Source: a virus | Lineage: Duplodnaviria; Heunggongvirae; Uroviricota; Caudoviricetes | Reading direction: 5' to 3' (one strand) | DNA: 64,000 nucleotides | Virus record (IMG/VR): IMGVR_UViG_3300044712_002337 | Location: 82,564-146,563 of that record | In this document: positions 9,895 through 17,495 of the stretch, in pieces | Layout: the number at the start of each line of letters is the position of its first letter | How positions within the stretch are numbered: position 1 is the first letter of the stretch | Made by a program: the position numbers and the translations under genes | The notes under the pieces: model-generated | What the model was told of the DNA's origin: nothing | Database searches by the model: none | What the model saw: only the letters and a program-made list of their open reading frames with translations

Positions 9895-10130
9895 AAACCG
9901 TTAAATGGCACACGCAGGAGTACCACGTGCTCGGGCACAACTGGTACGCCCGGCACGTCGAGCGGACCGGCACCTGGCGGCTGTACTACGGGACGAACGC
10001 CAAGGGGTCGGACGTGCCCGGGTACCTGAAGGCGTTCCGCGAGGGGGGCGAACTGGTCGCCCTGCCCACCCTGGCCGCCTGCCGCGAGTACGTCCAACTG
10101 CGGGCCCGGCCCGCGAAGGCGGGCCGATGA
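9891..10130 (+). CDS. hypothetical protein, tandem paralog B
   Basis: TTG start overlapping TGA of paralog A; TVKWHTQEYHVLGHNWYAR...RLYYGTNAKGSDVPG. Confidence 0.4.
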   Translation: MKTVKWHTQEYHVLGHNWYARHVERTGTWRLYYGTNAKGSDVPGYLKAFREGGELVALPTLAACREYVQLRARPAKAGR

Positions 10131-10393
10131 CCGACACCCAGACGGAGTACTACCTGTACCTGCTCAAGCACGTCGAGGACCACGGGTACCAGCCGAGCTA
10201 CAAGGAGATGGCCGAGGTGTTCGGGGTCACCCCCAAGTCGGTGAAGGACATCTTCCTCAACCTGGAGGCCCAGGGCGTCCTGGAACTCGGGGACTATCGA
10301 CAGGAGCGGTCGATTCGGCTAAAAGGGGTGAAGTTCTGGGCGTACGACGCCCGCCTGTCCCGCCCCCCGTGCCCGAAGTGCGAGAACGCATGA
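10127..10393 (+). CDS. LexA-like winged-helix DNA-binding protein (no peptidase domain)
   Basis: ATGA overlap; YLYLLKHVEDHGYQPSYKEMAEVFGVTPKSVKDIFLNLEAQGVLEL matches LexA N-terminal wHTH pattern. Confidence 0.45.
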   Translation: MTDTQTEYYLYLLKHVEDHGYQPSYKEMAEVFGVTPKSVKDIFLNLEAQGVLELGDYRQERSIRLKGVKFWAYDARLSRPPCPKCENA

Positions 10394-10788
10394 CCCCGCC
10401 CAAGCCGAAGTCCAAGAAGGAGTTGGTGCTCCAGGCCCTGGCCGCCCTCGGGGCGGACGCCGGCCTGCGGGAGGCCCAGGAGTGGGCCAAGAAGACGTAC
10501 AAAGAGAGCTTTCCCCCCACCGCCTATTTCGAGGTGAAAGAGGAAATGAGCAAACGCCTGGCGGCCGTGGCCGCGTCGAAGCCGGCGGCCGTGATGTCAC
10601 CAACCGTTCCCCCGGTCCCGCCGACAGCACCCCCCTCGCCGCCGGCGCCCCCGACCGTCCCGCCGTCGCCGGCGGGCGGCCCCTTCCTGGCCCAGTTGCA
10701 GGAGGTGATGGACGCCGCCCGCACGCTGGTGCGGGTGTGCGGGTCGAAGGAGGAGGCGGTGAAGGCGGTGCACCTGTTCGGCGGCTGA
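10390..10788 (+). CDS. hypothetical Pro/Thr-rich protein
   Basis: ATGA overlap; PTVPPVPPTAPPSPPAPP low-complexity linker; followed by terminator. Confidence 0.4.
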   Translation: MTPPKPKSKKELVLQALAALGADAGLREAQEWAKKTYKESFPPTAYFEVKEEMSKRLAAVAASKPAAVMSPTVPPVPPTAPPSPPAPPTVPPSPAGGPFLAQLQEVMDAARTLVRVCGSKEEAVKAVHLFGG

Positions 10789-10816
10789 CCCGCCGGGCGG
10801 GGAGGCCTGGTCTTCC

Positions 10817-10846
10817 GGGGGGCGAAAGCCCCCTTGTTTTTTACCG
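10817..10846 (+). terminator. intrinsic terminator
   Basis: GGGGGCgaaaGCCCCC followed by TTGTTTTTT. Confidence 0.6.
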
Positions 10847-10854
10847 CCACACAC

Positions 10855-10951
10855 CTATCTTATAAAAATGTGGGGACACCCCACAGCCCCCGCGGGCCGG
10901 TGGCCCGCATGTTAAAAGGGGAAACACACTTCCCGCGAGCGGAGCGAGCCC
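10855..10951. repeat. full-length cassette: CTATCTTATAAAAATG + 2 hairpins + ATGTTAAAAGGGGAAACAC + CGCGAGCGGAGCGAGCCC + ATG
   Basis: hairpins near-identical to copy at 1683. Confidence 0.65.
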
Positions 10952-11350
10952 ATGGCGGTGAGTCCGAAAGAACTGAACCAGAAGCGGGCCGAGGCGGTCG
11001 CGAAGGCCGCCGCCGAGAAGGCCGCCCGCGTCAAGGCGGAAGCCGACGGAATCGAGAGGCACGTCGACCAGGTGTTGCGGGAAAGGTACGCCGGCGGGGA
11101 GGTGGTCGTGCCGTACGCGGACCCCGTCCCCCCGGACGTGTTGGGCGAGGTGGGCCGGCGGTACGGCGCGGCCGGCTGGAAGGTGGCGTACGGCAAGGAG
11201 GGGTTCTCCCTCACGCCGAAGGAGGAGTCGCCCCCGTCCCTCCTGGACCTGCTGAAGGACACCCTGGACGCCCAGAAGGCCGGGTCGCGGGACGGGCAAC
11301 ACCGGACGCCCCCGTACCGGCGAATCTACTGCCTCGTTCCCGGGGAGTGA
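10952..11350 (+). CDS. hypothetical protein
   Basis: ATG preceded by full cassette plus leader CGCGAGCGGAGCGAGCCC. Confidence 0.45.
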   Translation: MAVSPKELNQKRAEAVAKAAAEKAARVKAEADGIERHVDQVLRERYAGGEVVVPYADPVPPDVLGEVGRRYGAAGWKVAYGKEGFSLTPKEESPPSLLDLLKDTLDAQKAGSRDGQHRTPPYRRIYCLVPGE

Positions 11351-11353
11351 GCC

Positions 11354-12247
11354 GTGACCAAGGTGCTGTTCGTGTACGGCGGCCGGCGGGTGGAACTGGC
11401 GAACGAGTTCATCCGTCACCACTGTGTGGTGACAGGTTATGAAGCGTCCGAGCGAGTGCCGCTCGCGTCGATCGCCGAAGTGGGCGTCGGCCTACCCTGG
11501 GACCACCCCGAGTTCGCCGACGACGTGGCCGGGACCGCCGAGGAAATCGGCGCCGACCTGATTGTCCCGCTCGGGTGCGGCGCGGCGGCCGTGCTGGCCG
11601 GGGCCGACGTGCCGTGTCCCGTCGTGGCCCACCCGCCCGGCACGGCGAAAGTCTGCCACGACAAGCTCGCCTTCGCCGAGGCGATGAAAGCCCTGCCCGA
11701 CCTGTACCCGTTCCCCCGCCAGGGGAAGCCGTGCGTCAAGAAGCCGCGGCTGGGCTTCGGGGGGAACGGGGTCGTTTACGAAACCGAATACGACCCGGTC
11801 TTCGCTGACAAGGCGTCGGTCTACCAGGCCCGCTTGCGCGGGCCGGAATATTCGGTCGATGCCTACTTCAACCGGGACGGCAGCCTGGCCGCCGCCACCG
11901 TCCGGGAGCGGCTGCGGGTGGCGGGCGGCGAGGTGATTGAGAGCGTGACGGTCGAAAAACCGGAGCTCGCGCAAGCACTCGCTCGTGTTGGAAACATCCT
12001 CCCCTTCCACGGCCCGGTTTGCGCCCAGTTCATGTGCGGTCCTGACGGACCACAGGTGTTGGAGGTGAACGCGCGGTTCGGCGGCGGCTGCACCCTGAGC
12101 GTCGCGGCCGGGATGGACCTGGTCGGGGCGACGCTGGCCGACTTCGTCCGCGGGGAGTCGGTCGACCTCAAACCGGGCGTGCCCGGGGTGTACCTGACGC
12201 GGTCGTACCGCGACCATGTGTTCCAGCCTGAGATGGCCTCTGCGTGA
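11354..12247 (+). CDS. ATP-grasp family ligase
   Basis: VKKPRLGFGGNGV and LEVNARFGGG motifs of the ATP-grasp fold; GTG start. Confidence 0.6.
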   Translation: MTKVLFVYGGRRVELANEFIRHHCVVTGYEASERVPLASIAEVGVGLPWDHPEFADDVAGTAEEIGADLIVPLGCGAAAVLAGADVPCPVVAHPPGTAKVCHDKLAFAEAMKALPDLYPFPRQGKPCVKKPRLGFGGNGVVYETEYDPVFADKASVYQARLRGPEYSVDAYFNRDGSLAAATVRERLRVAGGEVIESVTVEKPELAQALARVGNILPFHGPVCAQFMCGPDGPQVLEVNARFGGGCTLSVAAGMDLVGATLADFVRGESVDLKPGVPGVYLTRSYRDHVFQPEMASA

Positions 12248-12282
12248 TATTTTACCCTTTTAAAATCACGGGGGCACCCCGT
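12248..12282. repeat. cassette (inverted): TGA-TATTTTACCCTTTTAAAATC + hairpin CACGGGGgcaCCCCGTG
   Basis: after stop of ATP-grasp gene. Confidence 0.55.
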
Positions 12283-12309
12283 GGGCCCCGAAGACAAGGA
12301 GTCATCAAC

Positions 12310-12591
12310 ATGACCGTTTCCGAACTCATCAATAAACTCCAGACCTTCCCGCCGAACGCGGATGTGATTTACCAGTACCACTCCGACTGGAGCCCACTAG
12401 AGGAAGACGAGATTACACTCATCACGGCCGAGGAATCAAAGCGGCGAGTGGACGCCAGCAGCAGCAATTACATCGTGGAACGAGCTATTTGCTTCCGTGG
12501 CGGGCGGTACTGCGAGGCGTACTCGCGCGCCAACTACCCGCCGAGCGAGACACCGGTCTACCGAGACGTGGTCACCTTCCCGGGGAACTAA
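12310..12591 (+). CDS. hypothetical protein
   Basis: ATG after AAGGAG SD; 93 aa. Confidence 0.4.
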   Translation: MTVSELINKLQTFPPNADVIYQYHSDWSPLEEDEITLITAEESKRRVDASSSNYIVERAICFRGGRYCEAYSRANYPPSETPVYRDVVTFPGN

Positions 12592-12638
12592 TCCGGGGCT
12601 CCGCCCCCGACCCCGCAACCCGTGAGCGAAGCGAACTC

Positions 12639-13298
12639 ATGACCGTTATCGACCGGCTGAAAGCCCTCCCCCACCAGCACCCCGACTTCTCGGTGTGGCT
12701 GGAGAACGAAGACCATTACTCTTTCTATTATAAAATTTTCCAGGCCCTGAACCCGGACTCCGTCCTGGAGCTGGGCACCTGCCTGGGGTTCTCGCTGGCC
12801 GCCGCGGCGATGGCCCTGCCGGCCAAGGACCTGCACCTGTCCTGGGTGGACGACGAGTCCTACCTGCCGGGGTCGAACGAACTCGCCTGGGAGAACATCT
12901 GGGGCGTGTTCAAGGGGCGGTTCGAGGGGGAGAGCCCGTTCCACCCCCTGCGGTACTGGACCTCGCCCCCGCCGGCCGGGCGGGTGCGGGGCCTCTACCA
13001 GTTGGTCCACGTGGACGGGGACCATTCTTATGACGGGTGTCTGAAAGACCTGGAGTACGCCGAAGCCGTCCGGCCGCAAATCATCCTCGGGCACGACTAC
13101 CACCTGGAAGAGGGCGTCCGGCGGGCCGTTTCCGGGTTCTGTGCGAAGCACTCCTACGCGCACTTCGTCCTCGACCGGTTCAAGCACGGCCTGTTTTGCG
13201 TCGACCGCACCGCCCGCGCCCCGGACACCCTGTGGCGGCTGGCGGCGGCGGACGTGGGCGGGGTGCGGGTGGTCGTCCCGGGGGCCGTGGGGGCGTAG
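12639..13298 (+). CDS. class I SAM-dependent methyltransferase-like protein
   Basis: VLELGTCLGFS (motif I-like) and VHVDGDHSYD; ATG preceded by CGTGAGCGAAGCGAACTC leader. Confidence 0.5.
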   Translation: MTVIDRLKALPHQHPDFSVWLENEDHYSFYYKIFQALNPDSVLELGTCLGFSLAAAAMALPAKDLHLSWVDDESYLPGSNELAWENIWGVFKGRFEGESPFHPLRYWTSPPPAGRVRGLYQLVHVDGDHSYDGCLKDLEYAEAVRPQIILGHDYHLEEGVRRAVSGFCAKHSYAHFVLDRFKHGLFCVDRTARAPDTLWRLAAADVGGVRVVVPGAVGA

Positions 13299-13321
13299 CC
13301 CCCACATGTTAAAAGGGGAAA
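13281..13321. repeat. cassette: hairpin GTGGGGGcgtagCCCCCAC (contains upstream TAG) + ATGTTAAAAGGGGAAAGTC
   Basis: before HAD-like gene. Confidence 0.55.
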
Positions 13322-13630
13322 GTCATCAAGCGAATCGCGTTCGACATCGACGGGGTGTTGCGGCCCGAGGGCCCGGCCGGCGACCGCTACCTGCAGCGGC
13401 CGGACGTGCGGGTGCGGGAGGCGATGCGGCGGGCCAAGGCGGCCGGTCATTTCGTGATGGCGTTCACGGCCGCCCCCTGGGGGGACTACCGGCTGACGAA
13501 ACTCTGGCTGGACGAGCACGGGTTCCCCGTGGACGTCCTGATTTGCGGAAAACCTAACTACGACTGCTTCTACGACGACCGGACGGTCAACTCGCTCTCC
13601 GCCTTCGAGGAGTTCCTGGATGCCCATTAA
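13322..13630 (+). CDS. HAD-superfamily hydrolase-like protein (start codon unresolved)
   Basis: in-frame VIKRIAFDIDGVL (HAD motif I DxDGV) lies upstream of first canonical start (GTG 13355); frame opens after TAA inside ATGTTAAAAGG. Confidence 0.4.
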   Translation, partial: VIKRIAFDIDGVLRPEGPAGDRYLQRPDVRVREAMRRAKAAGHFVMAFTAAPWGDYRLTKLWLDEHGFPVDVLICGKPNYDCFYDDRTVNSLSAFEEFLDAH

Positions 13631-14375
13631 GGTCGCGGTCTGCTCGTCCTTTCGGGATTCCATGGTCTGGCACGGGCGAAAAATCAACCAGGTCGGAAGG
13701 TACTTCCGACAGACGGAAGCGAACGCGGCGGCGGCCGGCGTGACCCCCTCGTACTACCTGGTCGAGGGGAACAGCGCCGACAGGACCTCCGGCTGGCTGA
13801 AGCGGCATCAGCGGCGACTGTTCCCGCGCGAGATTCGCCTGTTCCACCACCACGTGACGGGCTCGGGCGTCGCCTCGGTGGTGAGCGACACCCGGTTCCG
13901 CAACCTGTCCGCCGTCGGGAACACGGTCCTGCGGCCGGCCCGGGACTCGGGGGCGGACTTCGTCCTCTGGATTGAGTCCGACTTCATCATCTCCGACGAC
14001 CTCCTGAAAACACTCCTCGAAGCGACCGAGCGGCCGGACTGGAAGGACACCCTGGGCGTGTGCCCGGTCCCCCTGGCGGGGGACCAGTTTTATGACACGT
14101 GGGCGTTCCAGGGGTTAGACGGGCGTTGGTGGTCGGGCGGGGAAGCCGAATTCTTCAAGACCTATCCGGACCGGTACCTACCCCTGGCGACCGCGGGGAG
14201 TTGCATCCTTTTTAATGGGTCCGCCCTCCGGGCTCACGATTTAGACTTCGGCGAGGCCGGGTGCCTTCCTGGTTTGTGTGGAGGAGGCCAGGCCGCAGGC
14301 CTGAAACTCCTCTGCGACACGTCTATCGTCATCCAACACCCGAACACCGAGAACGTCGGAGGCCGCCTCATATGA
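13620..14375 (+). CDS. putative glycosyltransferase-like protein
   Basis: 251-aa ORF with acidic WIESDFII DXD-like motif; weak. Confidence 0.35.
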   Translation: MPIKVAVCSSFRDSMVWHGRKINQVGRYFRQTEANAAAAGVTPSYYLVEGNSADRTSGWLKRHQRRLFPREIRLFHHHVTGSGVASVVSDTRFRNLSAVGNTVLRPARDSGADFVLWIESDFIISDDLLKTLLEATERPDWKDTLGVCPVPLAGDQFYDTWAFQGLDGRWWSGGEAEFFKTYPDRYLPLATAGSCILFNGSALRAHDLDFGEAGCLPGLCGGGQAAGLKLLCDTSIVIQHPNTENVGGRLI

Positions 14376-15445
14376 TTCGCCAATATACCCCCTGGGTGGC
14401 GACCAACCAGAAGAAGTATGTCAACGACTGCCTGGACGAGAACTACCTGAGTCACCGCGGGAAGTACGGGAAGCTCTTCGAGGCCGGCCTCGCGGCCGCC
14501 GCCAAGAGGAAGCACGCCGCCCTCACCGGCAGCGGCACGGCCGCCCTGTTCGCCATGTACTACGCCGAAGGGCTGGTGGGGAAACGGGTCCTGGCCCCGA
14601 CGCTCACGTACGCGGCCACGATAAATCAGCTGATTTTAATAGGTGCGACGCCGGTGCTCGTGGACTGCGACGAGCGGCACCAGATGGAGATTAACCAAGT
14701 GCGGGAGGGGCTCGCCCGGGGGTTGGCGGACGCGGTGGTGGTCGCCCCGCTCTACGGCGACGCCCCCAACATGCTCGCGTTCGAACTCGCCTGCCACGAC
14801 TTCGGCGTGCCCCTGCTCGTCGACGGGGCCCAGGCGTTCGGAGCCGACTGGAACGGACGTCCGGTGCTCAGTTATGGCCGCTCGGCCACCCTGTCCTTCT
14901 TTGCCGGGAAAACGCTCGGGACGGGGGAAGGCGGGTGCGTGTTCACTGACGACGAGGAGGTCGACCGCCGCGCCCGCGACGCGGTCAACCACAACACCTA
15001 CACGAATTACCGGCACGGCAGCCCGTACTGCACCAACTCGCGGATGACCAACCTGCAGGCGGCGGTCGGGCTGGCCCAGTTGGAGGACGCCCCCGCCATC
15101 CTGCAGAACAAGCGGCGGGTTCATACCGAGTACGCCCGCCTGCTCCCGGCCGCGGTCCTCCGCCCCCGCACGGGTCTGGCCTGGGTGAACGTCGTCCGGG
15201 TGAAGCCGGGACTCACGTACGCGGAGGTCGAGGCGGTCGCAAGAGCGGCCGGCGTGGAACTCCGCCCGATGTTCGCCCCCCTGCACACCCTGCCCGGGTA
15301 CGCCTCGCGGGTGGACACCCCGTTCCCCCTCCGGGCGAGTGAGGTGGCGGCCGCCACGCACGTCAGCCTGCCGAGCGGGCCGACCCTGACCGCGGAAGAA
15401 ATCGGCCGGGTGGCGGACGCGGTACGGCCGTTCCTGGTTGACTAA
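14372..15445 (+). CDS. DegT/DnrJ/EryC1/StrS-family PLP-dependent sugar aminotransferase
   Basis: SGTAAL and SFFAGKTLGTGEGG (PLP lysine region) motifs; ATGA overlap start. Confidence 0.75.
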   Translation: MIRQYTPWVATNQKKYVNDCLDENYLSHRGKYGKLFEAGLAAAAKRKHAALTGSGTAALFAMYYAEGLVGKRVLAPTLTYAATINQLILIGATPVLVDCDERHQMEINQVREGLARGLADAVVVAPLYGDAPNMLAFELACHDFGVPLLVDGAQAFGADWNGRPVLSYGRSATLSFFAGKTLGTGEGGCVFTDDEEVDRRARDAVNHNTYTNYRHGSPYCTNSRMTNLQAAVGLAQLEDAPAILQNKRRVHTEYARLLPAAVLRPRTGLAWVNVVRVKPGLTYAEVEAVARAAGVELRPMFAPLHTLPGYASRVDTPFPLRASEVAAATHVSLPSGPTLTAEEIGRVADAVRPFLVD

Positions 15446-15494
15446 AACTTGTCTATCTTATAAAATAACCGGACACCCCGCGAGCGGAGCGAAC

Positions 15495-15755
15495 ATGAGC
15501 ATCGCCGCCGACTGCCTGGACCTGGACCACAGCTTCGCCGACTGGCTGGTCCCCAGGCTCCGCCACCTGGCCTGTGACACCGACTGCTACCCGGAGGAGG
15601 TGGGCTCGCTGGAGAACTGGCAGCGCCTCCTGCACCGGATGGCCGACGGGTTCGCGCCGGTCGCCGTCGGGCACGAGCTGTCGCTCGCCGAGGGCGTCGC
15701 CCTGGACGAGGCCCTCGACCTGTTCCGGAAGCACTTCCGGGACTTGTGGCTGTAG
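15495..15755 (+). CDS. hypothetical protein
   Basis: ATG preceded by CTATCTTATAAAATAAC box and GCGAGCGGAGCGAAC leader. Confidence 0.4.
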   Translation: MSIAADCLDLDHSFADWLVPRLRHLACDTDCYPEEVGSLENWQRLLHRMADGFAPVAVGHELSLAEGVALDEALDLFRKHFRDLWL

Positions 15756-15822
15756 GTTTTCCCCTTTTAAAATCCGGGGCTCCCGCCCTCCCCGACACCC
15801 GACCCCGCGAGCGAGCCGAACC
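15756..15822. repeat. cassette (inverted): TAG-GTTTTCCCCTTTTAAAATC + GC-rich region + CCCGCGAGCGAGCCGAACC leader
   Basis: before sigma-like gene. Confidence 0.55.
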
Positions 15823-16632
15823 GTGCCGAACCGTAGCAACCCGACCACCGACCCGACCCGCCCGCCCCGGCACGGGCCGTGGGCGGACCGCGAGTGGAAG
15901 CCGGACGAGGGCCGCTGGCGGGTGTTCCTGAACGCCGCCGGGCTGGCCGAGTTCGACCGGGTGGTCGCCCGGTTCGGCGGGCGGCCGCTCGCCTGCCTGA
16001 AGAACACCCGGCACCACGGCCTGTACGTTCGGGCCACCCGCCCGGGCCGGGCGGAGGAGGCCGGGCAGGCGGCGCTGGTCGGGGTGCTGCACCACGTCCG
16101 CCTGTACGACCCCGCCCGCAGCCCGTGCCCGACCGCCTGCCTGCGGCAGTGGGTGCGGACCGAGGTGGCCACCGCCCTGTACGGCCGCACCCGCCGGGAC
16201 GCGACCGGCCGGTGGACCCGGACGGCCCGCCCGACCGAGCGGCTGGCGGCGGACCCGCCGGCGGCCGGCGGGTGGGAGGCCGAGGTCGACGGCCGCCTGG
16301 ACGCGGCCGCCCTGCTGGCCGCCCTCCCGCCCGGCCGGGCGGCCGCCGTGCGGCTGGCCTTCCTGGAGGGCCGGACGTACGCCGAGGCCGGCAAGAACCG
16401 CGTGAAGAACGGCGTCGCCCAGCTGAAGAAGCTGGTCGGCTCGACCGCCCCGAACCCGCGGTCCCGCCGGGTGTTCGCCCGCGACCTCCGCACCGGCGAG
16501 GTCCGCTGCTACGCCACCATCGCGGACGTGGAGGCGGACGGCTTCCTGCGGAGCTCGGTGAGCGACGCCTGCCGGGGCGCCAAGAAGTCCCACCGCGATT
16601 TCCAGTTCTGGTACGAACAATCCTCCCACTGA
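15823..16632 (+). CDS. sigma-70 family (ECF-like) sigma factor; N-terminal boundary uncertain
   Basis: region-4 HTH AVRLAFLEGRTYAEAGKNRVKNGVAQLKKL; in-frame GTG at 15823. Confidence 0.5.
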   Translation: MPNRSNPTTDPTRPPRHGPWADREWKPDEGRWRVFLNAAGLAEFDRVVARFGGRPLACLKNTRHHGLYVRATRPGRAEEAGQAALVGVLHHVRLYDPARSPCPTACLRQWVRTEVATALYGRTRRDATGRWTRTARPTERLAADPPAAGGWEAEVDGRLDAAALLAALPPGRAAAVRLAFLEGRTYAEAGKNRVKNGVAQLKKLVGSTAPNPRSRRVFARDLRTGEVRCYATIADVEADGFLRSSVSDACRGAKKSHRDFQFWYEQSSH

Positions 16633-16965
16633 CGGAGACCCCCGTGTCCCAACCACCCGACGGCAAGTGCTACTTCTGTCAGGACGACTCCGAGCCGATT
16701 GCTTTTTCGGTCGAGTTCGACACCCACGTGCACGAGGCCTGCCTGGCCGCCCAGTCGCCGGACGACGAGACGGCTGCTGCCATGCGGCGGGAGCTGTACG
16801 GAGAGCCGAACTAAAGGTGGCGTGGATGCACCTCCGCCCCGAGCTGGAGGCCCTGAAGGCGGCCGTCGTGGCCGTGTTCGTGCGGGACGCGTGCAACACC
16901 TGGTAGTGGGGGCTGGGCCCCCACACCCCCCGTGGGCCCGCGGCCCACATCACGAGGAGAAATCA

Positions 16966-17186
16966 TGCCGTTCGACAAAGAGGAGTGGGTCCAGGGGGAC
17001 TACGACGACTTCCTGGGGATGGGACCGGACGAGGTGGCCGTCGTCGAGGCCCGGGGGTTCGCCGACGAGCACGGCCCGGTGATGAGCCGGCGGGGGTGGA
17101 CCAACGCCCAGGTGAAGGCGTTCTTCCGCGAGGCCTTGCCCCGATTTCTAGATGAGTACCACCGCGGGCTACGCCCGCGATGTTAA
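16966..17186 (+). CDS. hypothetical protein
   Basis: ATG after GAGGAG SD and two GC hairpins; TAA stop inside ATGTTAAAAGG. Confidence 0.4.
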
Positions 17187-17198
17187 AAGGTGAAAATC
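17164..17198. repeat. cassette: hairpin CGCGGGCtacGCCCGCG + ATGTTAAAAGGTGAAAATC
   Basis: contains stop TAA of 16966..17186. Confidence 0.55.
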
Positions 17199-17225
17199 AA
17201 CCTACCCCCGCGAGGGCCCCGAGCC

Positions 17226-17495
17226 GTGTCACCCGACCTGAAGCGCCGCCTGTCCGCCGCCGTCGGCGGCGTCATCGAGGCGAACGAGGCGGCCCGCGCC
17301 GCCCACAACCGGGCGGCCGACGCCCGGGCCTGGCTGGAGCAGACGTTCGGCGACTGGACGGGGAAGGTGGTGCTGGAGCACAACGGGAAGCAGATTCTGG
17401 TCACCCGCACGAGGGACGAGGCCCGCCTCGCCCGCTGGTCTTGGGAGGAGATAGAGTCAACCACCCCACGGCTAAAGCCGGGGGCTTGCGGCTGA
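17226..17495 (+). CDS. hypothetical protein (3' end overlaps tnpB copy 2 terminus)
   Basis: GTG preceded by CCCGCGAGGGCCCCGAGCC leader variant; last ~24 nt overlap convergent tnpB. Confidence 0.35.
   Translation: MSPDLKRRLSAAVGGVIEANEAARAAHNRAADARAWLEQTFGDWTGKVVLEHNGKQILVTRTRDEARLARWSWEEIESTTPRLKPGACG

Noticed and set aside
12700-12740. CTTTCTATTATAAAATTTTCC as another cassette copy
   Set aside because: Lies in-frame inside the methyltransferase-like coding sequence (HYSFYYKIFQ) with no flanking hairpins; probably coincidental.
15442-16953. 503-aa minus-strand ORF
   Set aside because: Antisense to the sigma-like and small genes; low-complexity.
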